64,000 bases of DNA. Source: Fimbriosthenelais zetlandica (taxonomy: Eukaryota). Below the pieces are notes generated by a model that was not told where the DNA came from, did not search any database, and saw only the letters and a list, made by a program, of their open reading frames with translations. The first letter of the stretch is position 1. Every line of letters starts with the position of its first letter. Below are positions 37,301 through 51,100 of this stretch, piece by piece. The stretch spans positions 6,882,001 to 6,946,000 of the forward strand of contig OZ365111.1 of NCBI GenBank assembly GCA_977030845.1. Reading direction: 5' to 3'. A program made the position numbers and the translations under genes.

Positions 37301-40300
37301 CAAAACTGAAAATATGAAATACTTTACATAACCAGAAGCCTGATATGGCCTTCCCCTATTCTTGAGAATCAATTGCCTGGCGATTGATTTGCCAAAGATA
37401 TCTGCAACAAGGCAATAAAAATGTGGAGAATATCTTTTCTTTTTGACAATACTGCCCTTTTTTGTTAGTTCTATAGTAAGATTTCTCAGAAGTGGAGAGT
37501 AGGAAATCCATCCCCAGCCTGGTTGCAGTACATGGACTGGATGCAGGGAGTGGGGTGGGGGTTATGTAGGGAGGGGAGGGGGGGGGGGAGAGGGGGGAGG
37601 GGCTAGGGAGTCTGAACGAGGAGTAGGAGGAAGAGGTGGTGAGGAAGAGAGAGAGGGAGCAGGGTAATGGTATGTACTTGATGTCAGCAAAATTTGGCCG
37701 CACAAATTGGGTGCCATTAGCTACAGGAGACTGGAGGAGGCTTGAGGAAGGCTGGATGACGTGGCCGCCCGGCAGACGACTTTCAGACCGGTCGGCTTTC
37801 CCGCCAAAACGTCAATCACACCGCCCTCTACCGCAAATTAAAACTGCTCTGTGTCAAATTACCCGTTGCCTTAACGTTCTCTGCTCATTAAAACCATTTT
37901 CCATGTGATTATGCAAAATTTAGGGCGATCCATCGCAGCGGTGCTTGGCCTGACTGGAGGGTTCTCCATGTACAAAACGCTCATTGCCATCGCCATTTGG
38001 TATGCGGCGGTCGCGCTGGATGAGTCGCGGTGATACAATGGTCGCTGATACCCGCGACCAAATCACAGCCTTGCCAACTGTCATTCTGTAGGGCTATTAC
38101 ATAATGGGGTTTAAAATCAGGGGAATTTTCGCTACCATTGAGCCCGGCCCCGATGCAAATGGGGGGTTAGTGAGAGGGGTACTTAGGGGCTGGGTGATTG
38201 GTGGTTGGGAGGACTGGGGCTAAATGATACATGTTTAAAACATGATCAAGCCCTAACCACATCACATCATATTTCTCCATCCATCTCCACCATACAGCGT
38301 TCCTTCCTCCCTCCCTTCTTTATCTCCACCTCAGCATGCCTTCCCCCACAACTGGTATTGATAGCAGTCTCTGCTGGTAGGGCATTAAAGGCATTGGTTC
38401 TGTGGGACTGACAGAGCTGATAGGCAGAGGCTTATAAACAAGTGAGCAGAGAAATGATTAGTTCCAGTGTATGATATTAGATAGTGGCGTGCCACCTCAC
38501 ATTGTGGGTGGCACGGCTCTGTTCTGTCAGACCTGAATAATGGCATGGAATGCCCAAGTTATAGACAATTTCTCCGCCATATCATGTTTCGTAAATTCAG
38601 TGGTCTAGAAAATATATCAAAGTAAATCAACCCTATACCCTTACACAGAATTCCACAAACTTTGTTCAGCATTTAAAATCCACTGAATTCCTCCATTTCA
38701 CATAAAGCTCTTCACAGTACCATTTATTCTGGCGACCAGAGCTAAAAAGATCTCAAATGAAAGCTACATCTCTAAACATAACTCCCCACCACTCTCCACC
38801 TTGAAAAAAGCCTATCAAGTTTCTCCAATCTATTCAACTTTAAATTGAATCTCGCAAGTAAAAGAGTGCGATATATGAAGACATGGTCCCTCTGAGCCAC
38901 CAGCTTCTAATACGTACCCCCACCCATCCACCAACTCATTCTAATTGTACAGATGTCCTCCAGGTCGTCTAACTCGAGCTTGGAGTGGTCCCATCACCTG
39001 GCCCATCCACAGCCACCAGCCGGGGCCACAAGAGCCCTCCCCTAAACCGGCGCCACGTGGAACTCCATGCAAAATAGGTGTAAATTCATGTTAACAGCCA
39101 ATATATACACACTCCAGCCCTCACAAGGACATGTCTGTTCAATGTGGGCTGTTTGTACTCGCCCTGTTTGGATTGACTTTTTTGCCTTGTTTTGGAGGGG
39201 AAGTACAAGGGTGAACCAACATGACAGGTTATTATTTCATACTGTTTTATCTCCTGCTTTTAATCTTTAACCCAGGTCACAATGTCGACCTGAGATGAAT
39301 ATTTCAAAAGGTTTCACAAAGCATACGAGTGAAACATTGTAGTTTTTCCATATCACCAATAACAGTATATTGCAGTTCATTTTACTTGGGAATCATCAAT
39401 GAATCATGTAGGGGAAATCCCTGAATTTTGTTTTGGTAGAAAATATTATATTTGAACAGGGTAAAATCAAAATGTTTCAGGTAAAATTAAAATAAATTGC
39501 AAGCCTTCTGCAAATATTGAACCGAGCAGGGGGTTCTTTCATTTATTTAGCTTCATTTTGAATTTCCCCCTTCATTTTAGAATTTTGCTAGAATATCTAT
39601 TTTGAAGACGACAGCGTAGGTCCATACTGGTCCAGTAAAAAAGACGACTGTTAGAATATCTGTTTTACAAATATCAACAAATTGGCAATGAACGGTTGGC
39701 ATTTAGTTGATATTTTTCCCTCGGGGAATTCTTATGATATCGGAGCAGTTTCATGGACAGAATGATCGGATAAAACAGGTTGGAATGACTCATCAAAAAC
39801 CATCGGTTCTGCTGGGAGCCAGAGGCTGGAAGAATAGGCGCTAACTCCACCCAACTGTCTCATCCAGCACAAATCAACTGGCCAATCTGAGCAGTGGGCA
39901 AAACTGAGGAGCAATTCCAGAGACCGTTTGACCTGTGACCTGAGCTCTGACCCCTCAGATAGTGAGCCCAGGATGGCAATCAGGGAGTGTGTGGGGGAAT
40001 GGTAGGGAGTGGTCATTTACTGGAATGGTTATGATTATCATTGCGCTGGATGGTTGGCAGTTTGCTATGGGGGTCGGGGGGGGGGGGTATTATAGACAGA
40101 TGATGTGTTAAGATTGAAAGCAGACTGGTGTGATATTCCCAGTCGGAAATCATGGCTCCATATAAATATATGAATCTACGGGTTCATATCAACTGGCCAA
40201 TATTTATGAATGTCGGACAAAATCTATATTGACATTTGACATTTTCAATTGACAAGATGCAAGACTTGAACACGAGATAACGTGAAAAAAAGTTTATGAA

Positions 40301-42125
40301 ATGGTTTCACGAATCCAAATTCATGAGAAATCTATCTATAGACATTTTGAATCTTTCAGTCCCAGAGAAACAGTTCTGGGACCGTACATAACGGGGAACA
40401 AGAGCAATGATGGGCAGTCAAAGCCTTTCCATGTCGGCCCCCCGCTAACATGGCAGTATCATTTGACAAAATGAAACAATCATTTCTAGCTGCCGCATCC
40501 TTCCCTCATATTAGTGCCCGGAAGATGTAGCCCGGATCAAAGGTGCCTTTTATAGATGGACAATAGGGAGGACTGACCAGGCAATAGGTCCTGGTGTATT
40601 GCCAGTAAGTAGTGGACAATGGTGGACAATAGCCAATAAAGGGAGGCAGAGACTGGAATAATTGTGATGATAGGACTGTAAGTTTCCCCATCAGGCAGTG
40701 TTTAGCTTGGCCTAATGGCCGGCCGAGGGCCTGTAGGGGCCCTTCTCACCATTTTATTGGTTCAGCATTTCAATCTCAGCAAGACTGGAGTTCAGGGAGT
40801 GCCATTAGCGAAATGATAAGTCAGAGTTGATACGAAGTCATCATTGGGCAAAATGGTGCGAGATATTGTCATTTCCCAGTGGCCTTTTGGTGCCCACTGT
40901 TTTGTAGTTCACACCTTGGATGGAGGGAGCTTGCCTATAAAGGGCAGTGGGAGTCTATTGGGGCCTGAGGCGGGTTGAGGGGGTAGTAATATTTAGAGGT
41001 AGAGCGGTGGGGGGTTGGGGGTTCAATGCTTGAAAACTAGGACCAAAGCCAGAGCGCAGTCAGTGATATTCATAAACAGTGTAAGCGGAGGGCCCTCAGA
41101 TGAAGTCAGTGTTTTGATAGTTTTTCTCTCCCACAGGAAGCAAGTTGGGAGACAAGAAGTGGTAGAGTGGTCACAATGTGCCTAGAGGATCCTCCTGGGG
41201 GACTTCACAGCTCGTGAATCCAATGTGCTGGGGCTCTCCGCTCCCTGGCCTCCGACAACATGCCAAATTACAAATCAAGAGCATGTCCTCAGGGCTGGCT
41301 CGGCTATTGGCAGGGCCTCAGTCGCCGGCCGGCCCGCACGCTCCACATATGTCGCCCTTCATTTCGCCAGCTTCAGGTTTACCCACCAAACACCGGGGCT
41401 GACCCACTGACATCGCCCAGCCTTTAATACAGGCGGCTGATGAGGAATTTCACACCACTAAACACACACCCCGCCTCCCAAAATGAAACATCCTGGAGAG
41501 GCTCTCTGTGTGAGGAAAAATGAAGTCGGAGGTGGAGGCCCCTTCCTTGCTCAGTTAAAGTAATAACTTGGGTGAAAATGAGCATGAAGGGAGGAATAAA
41601 AAAAATCTCCTATATTACTGAAGGGCTTACACTTCTGGTACGGAAGCGCTCTCAGAATGAATGGTGTATTATAGGGCTTTTTCATAACGGGGACAATTTA
41701 GCTAAGGAGGGTTCATTACTAGTGCCTTTAGGGCTTTTGTGGGGTATACACAATAACGGTTCCTTGCTCTCTATTCTATCAGCATCGTATGAAATGAGAA
41801 CAATTTTTCAAAAACCTTTTGCCATCAATTGGTGAATTAAAATGCAATGTTTCAATGCATTTCCAATGAACCAAAAGAAACGTTAAATTCAGCAAAGTTT
41901 TAGGAATAAATCCTATGCACTTATATATAAAAAAGAAAACTCTAAGGCTTAGTCTAAGGGGAAAAATCAGTAATACATTCTGAAATTTAGATTCATAAAG
42001 TTAGTTTAGACTGAAAGATAAAACATCCACGGAAGAAAGGGTTTTCGGTGATTTATACCAAAAGTATGGAGAGATCACACTTAATGGGTTGGTCATTAGA
42101 AAAGTTGAATATAATGAAAACTTAC

Positions 42126-45100
42126 CCCTGTGTCTGTTTCTACCATCGTTATAGCCTCCACCTCCTCCTCCTCCTCCTCCACCTCCGTAGCCGCCTCCCC
42201 CGCTGTAGCCTCCTCCTCCTCTACCACTCAAACCCATGAGAGGTGGAGGAGCATTAGAGTAGACTCCTGCTCCAGATGAACCCAGGCCAGCCCTGTAAAG
42301 GAATAGTACATTTAGTAAAGATAGATATATCCCAATGTTATTACAGTAATAAGAAATTATCTATATTAACAGATGTCAATGGGTTTGGAAAAATATAAAG
42401 AAGAATGAAATTTTGTGCCCTGGGTCTCTATTATGAGAGGTGACCTGTTAGAAAATATTCAGTTTAAAATACTGTTATTTGATTGACTGAATGGAGCCCT
42501 GAAGGAAGATTCGCAGCAGTATTAAATATATGTTTTTTAAAGAACCAGAATCTCGAATTTATTTCATACATGAATTTGGGTAGTGAGATGAATCAAAGAG
42601 CTCTTTGTATGAATGAATAACACTGGCGACATAGAGGAACAGTGGCGCCGCCTAGTGGAAGAAGGAAGAACTGTCAACGGTAACGAATGGAACAGAGAAG
42701 ATTGAAATGCAACTTTTAACTGGCATGCCGAATAAATATTTAGTAAACAACATTAAAAAGGAATGTTAGAACGGTTCCTCGAGGTATTTATACATCTTAA
42801 TAATTGTCAATATTAATTCTTTTACATCCATGTATTTCTAATGCATTTTACATTTAAATTAAACTAAGGCGGAATGCGAAACCTGAAAATTAATTATCAA
42901 GCGAGGATCTATGACATTTTGAAAAAAAAATTCATTGGGTTATTTAACTTAGGTACATATGTTAACATTGTTTGTATATATGTAATTTTTGATGTTATAC
43001 CTGGGACCAATGATCCGGAAAAATAAATATTTCCAGTTGCTAAGGAAATACACGTTCAAGCAATCAGTAAGAGTAACAGACAGGGCAAAGAATCAATTGA
43101 AGAGGGAGAACAGAATTCTTAAAATCACTTTTTTTACAATTTCAACTCTATAGTCTGTAAGGCAAATGGTCCAAATATTTTTCATAACCAAGAACTATAC
43201 AAATGCCAATTTCTCCAGCTAATTGCACTACAGATATCTTAAGAGTAGTTTAAGATTCTGTACGATTAATAAGGTAATGACCTTAGGACATTTACAACAC
43301 AGGAATAGACACACAACACAGGAATAGACACAAAATAGACACAATAGACACAAAATCCATAAGGAATAGAAAATATAACCCCAAACAAGCATAAACTAAA
43401 TAACGTCAAACTGTACGATAAAAAACGTATTCCCATGAAAATAGTATAAAAAAGTATCATGATTGTGTTAGAGAATGTGTCTCACCTGACGTGTCTCATG
43501 GCAGAGGCCGGGTTGCGGGTGTCGCGCCCTCTGTAGTGACTGTCCCGGGAGAAGCCGAGCTGAGGTCGGTAGCCCTGGCCGGGGTTACGGTTATTCCAGT
43601 CCTCGGGTTTCAAAGACGGTGGAGGTAACCTAAAATACAATCGTTTTAAATGTAGTTCATTATTTAGATGAAAACTTAATAAAGTACAATCATTTAAAAA
43701 TAATTATACATGTACTCGTCTCCAAAGCCTAATTTAATATTATAGTTTTTTCTTTATTATTCAACATAATTTATACAGCAGTATTGGAAGGATCCTAGCC
43801 TAGGCTCACGGGGTACAATAAAATATATGTGGCTGGTCCCTGACAGCATAAAATTTAATACCAAACAAAGCCTAAGACCAAACTTCAGAAACCTTAACCC
43901 GAAAAATAAAACCAGAAAAGTGACACAGAGGCGCCATCAACCGAAAGTTTCCTGCATTGGTAATTCAAGGCAAGGATACCCAGCACAGAGGCGCCATCAA
44001 CCAAAAGTTTCCTGCATTGGTAATTCAAGGCAAGGATACCCAGCACAGAGGCGCCATCTACAGTAAATTTCATGCATTGGTGCTTCATGGCAAGACCCTG
44101 CACAGAGGCGCCATCTACAGCAAGTTTCCTGCATTGGTGCATCTAGGCAAGGAGCCCTAGCACAGAGGCGCCATCTACATGGCTTTGGGAATTTTTGGAT
44201 GGGAATTCAACTTACTTTGCTCCAGGCAGCATTGTAGCAGGGAAGACATAGTCCTTGTCGTATACCGGATCTCTGTATTGTATGCTGGAAAAGTATGGAA
44301 AGTTTTTTAAACATGTGATTACAATTGTTGGGGAAAAAATTGATCAAAGTGTTCTGAAATATACAAGAAATATAGATATCATTGTTGCTACTCACACTAA
44401 TGCCGAATTGCTAGGCAAAGCACGACAAGCTGCCAGAGGTGATTCGTATGTTCTGCAAAGTGGTAACAGGAATGTATAAGCAAAATTGTTTTTTAAAAAA
44501 TCTTAAAAATACGGAATGTGTAAATGCTGTAAATACTACACGATGTTTCAAGATGTTTAGCGATGTTTCCCAAGTACTGTATGATGTAAAGTAATAGATA
44601 AATAAATGCACTGGCCCTGTGGGGAGTGGAAAGAGAAAAAAAAACACGGAATATTATAGAGCTATTATTTAATTTCCCAAAACCACACTTTTGTCTACTA
44701 CTAAAGACACTGCTTTCAGGGAAGTGTAAATATTTTTGAGAATAAAATGTCTTAGTATATCGTTTCACCCCATCAAAATATAGAAAAAAGGCTTACTCTC
44801 CAGGCATGCAGACTAGAGGATCGCACCACACATCACAAGCAACTCCCTTCATGTAGTCAGTGGGAATACGAGTGGGCTGAAATGTGAGAATTAAAAAATT
44901 AAAAATCAAGTATTGAATTAAATCTTATGTGGATTTTAAATTAAAAATTTCATAAATAATATACTGGTATATTTTTGAATAAAATTTAATAAAGTCATAG
45001 TGATTTAAAATTTAGATACCATATGTATTCATGTTAGAAATTGTAAATTTATTTTCTAGGAAGTAGTAATACACACATCTTGGGTTGTTGTGCCTTCGTA

Positions 45101-48100
45101 AAGACCCTGAAGAAAGGCGTAGGCCGGGTGGTTTTTACCGATGAACATACGGTCTGGTCCGCGCACATTACGTCGTTCTGAGAATGTATATGTATCATAT
45201 ATAAATTACTCTTGACTCAATGTTCATTGCTTCATAAAATTAAGAGATAAATACAAGGCATAGTAAAAACCAAATATAATCATGTACCGAATCATGTATA
45301 TAAATTAATGATAAAATCAAATCAATACATATAAAAGGGAATTTAAAAAGCATGTTTATATTGGAAATATTACTTACTTTCGGCATCAGACAGATCATTG
45401 TACACAGAGACAAGTGTATCGTTCAGTCTTAGTTCGTCCACAAACGGTAAGAGTGCCACTCCTGCACGAGAAAACAAATTTAAATTCTTTATACTTTATA
45501 CTGGAATTAAATAACAATGGAATGTGTTGAGGGGGGGGGGGGGCGAGAGGGGTGGGGGGGGGGGGGGGTGGACAAGGTAAAAGTCCTCACCTTGCCAGGC
45601 AAACTTCTTCCCATTCAAATCGATTTTGAAGTTGATCGGGTAGAAATCGATGATCTGAGACTCCTGAAAAAATCAATGACATAAATATATACAATGAGTT
45701 ATATAATTAGGGTATACAATTAGATTTATATGCCATAATATTGTCAAGGGAAATACAAATAATAAAAGACAAACTATTTTTTTTAAATGTGTTTTTCATA
45801 TCTGGTTCTTACCGGATCATCCATCAGATCTCCCCAGGTCTCGGGTAAGTGCTGCTTACTGGCTGCCGGGAAGACACTCATCAACTGTTCCATTGGTTTG
45901 ATCTGCGGACACGAAACAGTCGTAGTTGTAGTTAAATGGAGTTTAAAGTCGCTTTTAACAATTTTTCAGTTACATCATGATGGTGCCTACTTATGACATT
46001 GACCCCAATGATCTGTCATAGTGCTGCCTCGCTGAGCTATCATGTCGCAGGAACATGATACTGACTCAGTCACATTATACTGACACCGGGTTGACCAGTC
46101 CTAGTACTGTAATATTTTGCTGAGTGCCAAGCGAGAGAGCCACTAGTCCTTATCCTTTCAGTCGTTGGTTTGAACCGGCGAGCTTACACACACGGGGCAG
46201 ACACCCTAACCACTACACCAAAGTGGTGATTGGGATACGAGGGAGAGTAAATATCTAAGGAACTGAGAATACGCGACTGATAACGCTACTCACCGGGGCG
46301 GTGTCCTTGGGGAAATTGATGTCCACATCTGCGATGTTAACGAAGTCAGAAGCAAAGGGAGCGTAGTGGTATGGGAAATACCACTTCCAGGAGGCACAAC
46401 CCTGTGAACACAAGATGAAAATGAATATGGAAGTTCAACTAGACAAATCCTTCTGAAATTGTCTCTTCATATATTTTTATTCCAAAAGAAAAATTCAAGT
46501 GTTTTATATACCTGATAGTAGTACTGGAGAACCCAAGCAAGACCGAGAACGTAGGCTCGTCCCTGTAAAGAAATTCCATGTAAAGATACATAACTCAGAA
46601 AATACCTCCACTGATGCTTATGTACATGTAGTTATTTTAAGAGACTAATTCGAATGTAATCAAATGTAACAGGTGAAGAAGGCTTACCACTTTCTGTCTG
46701 AATTCCACATCGTTCTCTCCCACCTCAAACTTGCTCTGGTAATAGCGCTCCTTCCATCCATCCTCCCACAGTCTGTAACAGAGCGATATTATCAGAATTC
46801 CATTTGTTTAAAAATAAAATATTTTTCTATTTTTACTTCAGATTTAGCTAGAAATCTACTGAGATGACCAATTAATTACTGTTGATAATCGTATATAAGA
46901 CCTACTTGACATCATCATCAGGTTCAGGCTCTGAGTCAGAATCCCCATTAGGATGCTTCCTCTTTGTTCCTCGTTGGTCTTGGCCCTGTATTTTAAAGAG
47001 AAAATTAATTAAACTACTCATAAAATTTTAAACATTATTCGGATTAATATCTAGATCAACCATTAAATGTTTGTGCAACTAGCATAATTCCGCCACCCCC
47101 CAGATCTTCTAAACTAATCTTAATGTGGAGAAAACAATAATATCATATCAGGTGAAAGAATATAGAATATCTAGCAAGTTATTTCAAGAACCATCTGTAG
47201 TTCTGGAGATCAATGACGTCACTCACACTGTCAGTGTTGCCCTCTGATGAATATAGGCCTAATCCCCTTTACTGGGAATTTTGTTATTTCCTAATATAAA
47301 TTCACCATAATAAATTAATATTTATCGCCTTACATCTTTGGTGAGCATGCTTTTGAGTCCGGCCGCGGCGTCGGCACCAGAATGCTGCTGGTTCTGTGCA
47401 GCCATGCGCATCTCATAAGCTGTCTGTCTAGGGTTAGAGACGGCGGCTGAGCCACCTCCCACAGCCTGGGGGCTGTACTGCCCACCGAGCAGGAAGGCTG
47501 GACGATTGGCATTCTTAAACTAAAATGTCAAACAATTTAAATATTATTAGGGTTGAAAATCCAGAGAAAAATAGGCAAATTATATAGGTTATCTATATAG
47601 AATGCATTGCGAGTCAATACTATTGTATGGATAATGAATCGTGAATATTCAGATTGAGAATATGCTTTGATCAATTTAACATACCTGTCTTTCTCTTCGT
47701 CTTCTCATTTTATTTCTTCTGCGAAAGTTCATCTGTAAATGACAAAGTACAAAAATGATTAAGGAAAATATATATCAAATAGTATCAGATATTATCTCAT
47801 ATGTATGTTACTGGAAAGGTAACTTTGTCTTTAAAAATAAAATTAATCTTTATCGTTAGAAATTAAAATAACATTGGAGAAAAGCACAACTGCTCTGGAA
47901 ATATTAATTAAAACAAACTTACATCACTTTCACGTCTTTTCTTGAAAATTTCATCTTCAACCTCTCCCAGATCTTTAAAATAGAAAGAAAGAAATTAAAG
48001 TAAATTGACTCATTTCGTCATGTGATCACATGAAATACAATTTGTTTAAAACATATTTATTTTGCATATAATACTTTACATACCCTTGAGGATCAGTTGC

Positions 48101-51100
48101 ACCCGATCCAAATGAACGAATCCATTCTTGGTAAGGTAGCCCTAGACAACAGATGAATAAATATTAGTTATCTTATGAATATTATACGCGAGTTTATTAG
48201 TAAATACTCAGTTTGTCTATTGTTATTGTTATTGAATCCAATGGAACTTACCCCTGTTTTGTGCACTGTCTGTTTATAGATCTTGATTAGCCTGTCTATT
48301 GCTCCCTCTCTGCAAAAGAACATACATTTAGTATCATAATAAAAAAATATGATGTCTTGTATCTGATTTCTGAGAAATTATTCAATATTCAAGTTAGGAA
48401 GGGAACTTACCTAATTTCTAATGAAGGCAAATGTGGTAAGAAATCATTACCAACGAAGAAACACATGAAAACCCAATCGTCTATGGCTCTCTGGAAAGAA
48501 GTGATCCAATATATATTATTTTCGAAACCAGAAAGTATCTTCGGAAATTCACAAATTTATTCTCCGGTTATAAATAAAATAATATCGGGTCTTACCTCTA
48601 TATCTTGTTTGAAGGGTAGATTGGTTATCTCCAACTCCTTAGTTAGGTACTCACGAAGAACACACAAACGTATGAAGATGAACTCAGTATCGGAACCCAT
48701 AGACTGGATTTCGTCATGCTGAGAAACAGAACAGAGAAGGTAAAATATTATAAAAAAGAATCGCAGAAATCGGGAAAATATATCCAGAGAACAAGGCCTT
48801 ACTAGGGCACAAGATTAAGAACTTCCAAAAATGTTGTCTTACCTCGCCCGATTTCTCCTTGGGTAAACCACAGCATTCTTTCATCTCATGACCTGAAAAT
48901 TATTTTAGAATTTTACAACAGAAAACTCAGAAGTGGTCTGGCTATATAAAATGTTAATACACACATTTATTGATACTTAAATATGAGATAGGTATGCACA
49001 ATTTTATAAACGTAGTATGGTAATTTGGGGCATAGAATTCATTAAAATTAAAAACATTTAAATCAAACACAGATTAGTTATTAATATTGGTCAAGCTAAA
49101 ATGACTTTGATCAATGACTTACCAAACTGTCCACATATGTCACAAGGCTTGGGCTGGTTGGGTTTGAACTCTTCTCGGATTATAGTGAAATTAGGTTCGT
49201 GAGTAGCCAGGCCTGTAAACAAATTTAATATTTTTACGTTAGGAGAATACATATTTGTGTTCAGTAGCAGAGTAAATACATTACAAAGTAAGAGATAGAA
49301 TGATTTAGTTCCCACTTACCCAGCATAATCAAGTCAGCTGAAATAGAGAAAAAAACATAAATTCAGTAGGATTCAACCAAATAAATTAATGTTGATCTTT
49401 TATTTTATTGGACATTGTATCTTACTCTATTAAACCTTTTTTATGGTATGGCGTTAAATAACCATTCATCATTAGACCTTTTCAAATTTCTTAATTTGAG
49501 AAATAATACAATATCAAATAACTCAATACATACCATCAGCACCACAGAGGCAATGTTGTGTGTTAGGATCGTGATCTGGTTGAGCTGAAAAATAAAATAA
49601 TTTTCCGTTAAGTTTGTAATGAATTTTAAATTTAAAAAATCATAGGTTTTATTAGAAAAAATAAATTCTGTCCATGTACCTCTCTGTTTACGGATATAGT
49701 CCATAATTTTGTGCTCCCCTTCACCAGGTACATTGGCATCTGATAGGATGATTTCAATTCCCTGCCAGCCTGGATCGCTGTTTAATCTGTCGTGGATGTA
49801 GTAACGAAGGCAGTCCGCCAGCCGGAACATGAAGGGTGTACCCTGAAACAAACAACATGTGTTTTAAAAATAGAAACTACAATGTCAGACACACCTATTA
49901 TTTGAGTTTTCTTTTTTTGATTAAGTTGCATTATATCTGAATTATTTAGACCAATACGACTTTGCCAAAAAGGGAGGGAAAGTGCATTATTTATGGTCAT
50001 TTTTTGGTTTTATATTTCTTATCAACAACAAAGAAAGCATTGGTTTGACCACAAAGAATTCAATTGGGAATAAGAGGTGAAAAATGATGACTTACAGGAG
50101 TGATGCAATTGCTATCAAAGTGCTCCGCGGCAGGCTTGTCTGGAGGAACATCAAGACCTTTGGACCTCAGCTCTTCCTTAATTCTGGCGATTTCTTCTCT
50201 TTTCTCACTAAAATTTAAAAAATAATAATTTAATTACATTAATAATAGTATAGATAATCATATGAGTAAATCTGTCGCTGTTTAAAATCATTTGGCCATA
50301 TATTATATGGATATTGTTCTAAAGTGAAATACATTACCCGCTCCCACCACGGCACTCCCCCCCAAAATAAATATATAAAACAAAAAAGTTCTTGGAGAAT
50401 ATGAATGTCATGTATGGTCCAAAGAATTTGCGACCACTTATTGTACTGGTTCTCATCCCATGGTTTTATGATCCTTGATCTATCAACAAACCATAGTTGC
50501 CAAATTGAAATCAACAACCAAAGTTCTCCATATATATTTACCGCAGTGACCCCTCGGGTGAAAAAGAGAGGAAACTTCCTATTACACACCTGTATGGCTG
50601 TATACATATTCTAAATAAAAAAAGAAAAAAAACTTACATAGATTCTTTGGCAGCCCTGAAACGCCTGGATCTTTGTTGGTTCATCTTTGCTCTGGGTGCC
50701 TGAAAGTGCATCATATATTATGATGAGTCAAATACACCAGAATACAAAAGTTATATATTCTTGTGACAAAGATTTGTAGAATTATTTTGTTTCGACAATA
50801 ATGCACAGGCACTCACCACGCCATCTATGGCCATGTATAGGAGCCTCCTGGGACGGCAGATGGAGAAGATTCTGTCGATGTATGCGAAGATTTCCACCAT
50901 CATCTCATCTTCATTCTTGGGAGCTGGTCTGAAAAAGTGGGGGGAAACGCAAATAATCATTTCACTGCAATTAAGAGATCGTTTTGGAATAGGATTATCT
51001 GAATAGTCGTCTGTGAAACTGAAATAATCATTTAAACCATCTGGGGACACAATTTAGAAACGTACACAGCGCCATGTGATATATAACTTATCAAGGTATA

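Noticed and set aside
1-41900. An NK2 or other homeobox gene inside the desert
   Set aside because: No homeodomain-coding sequence (for example KIWFQN) is visible in the ORF track or by eye.
43827-44160. Overlapping repetitive ORFs on both strands
   Set aside because: They are translations of the 60-bp minisatellite inside an XRN2 intron.
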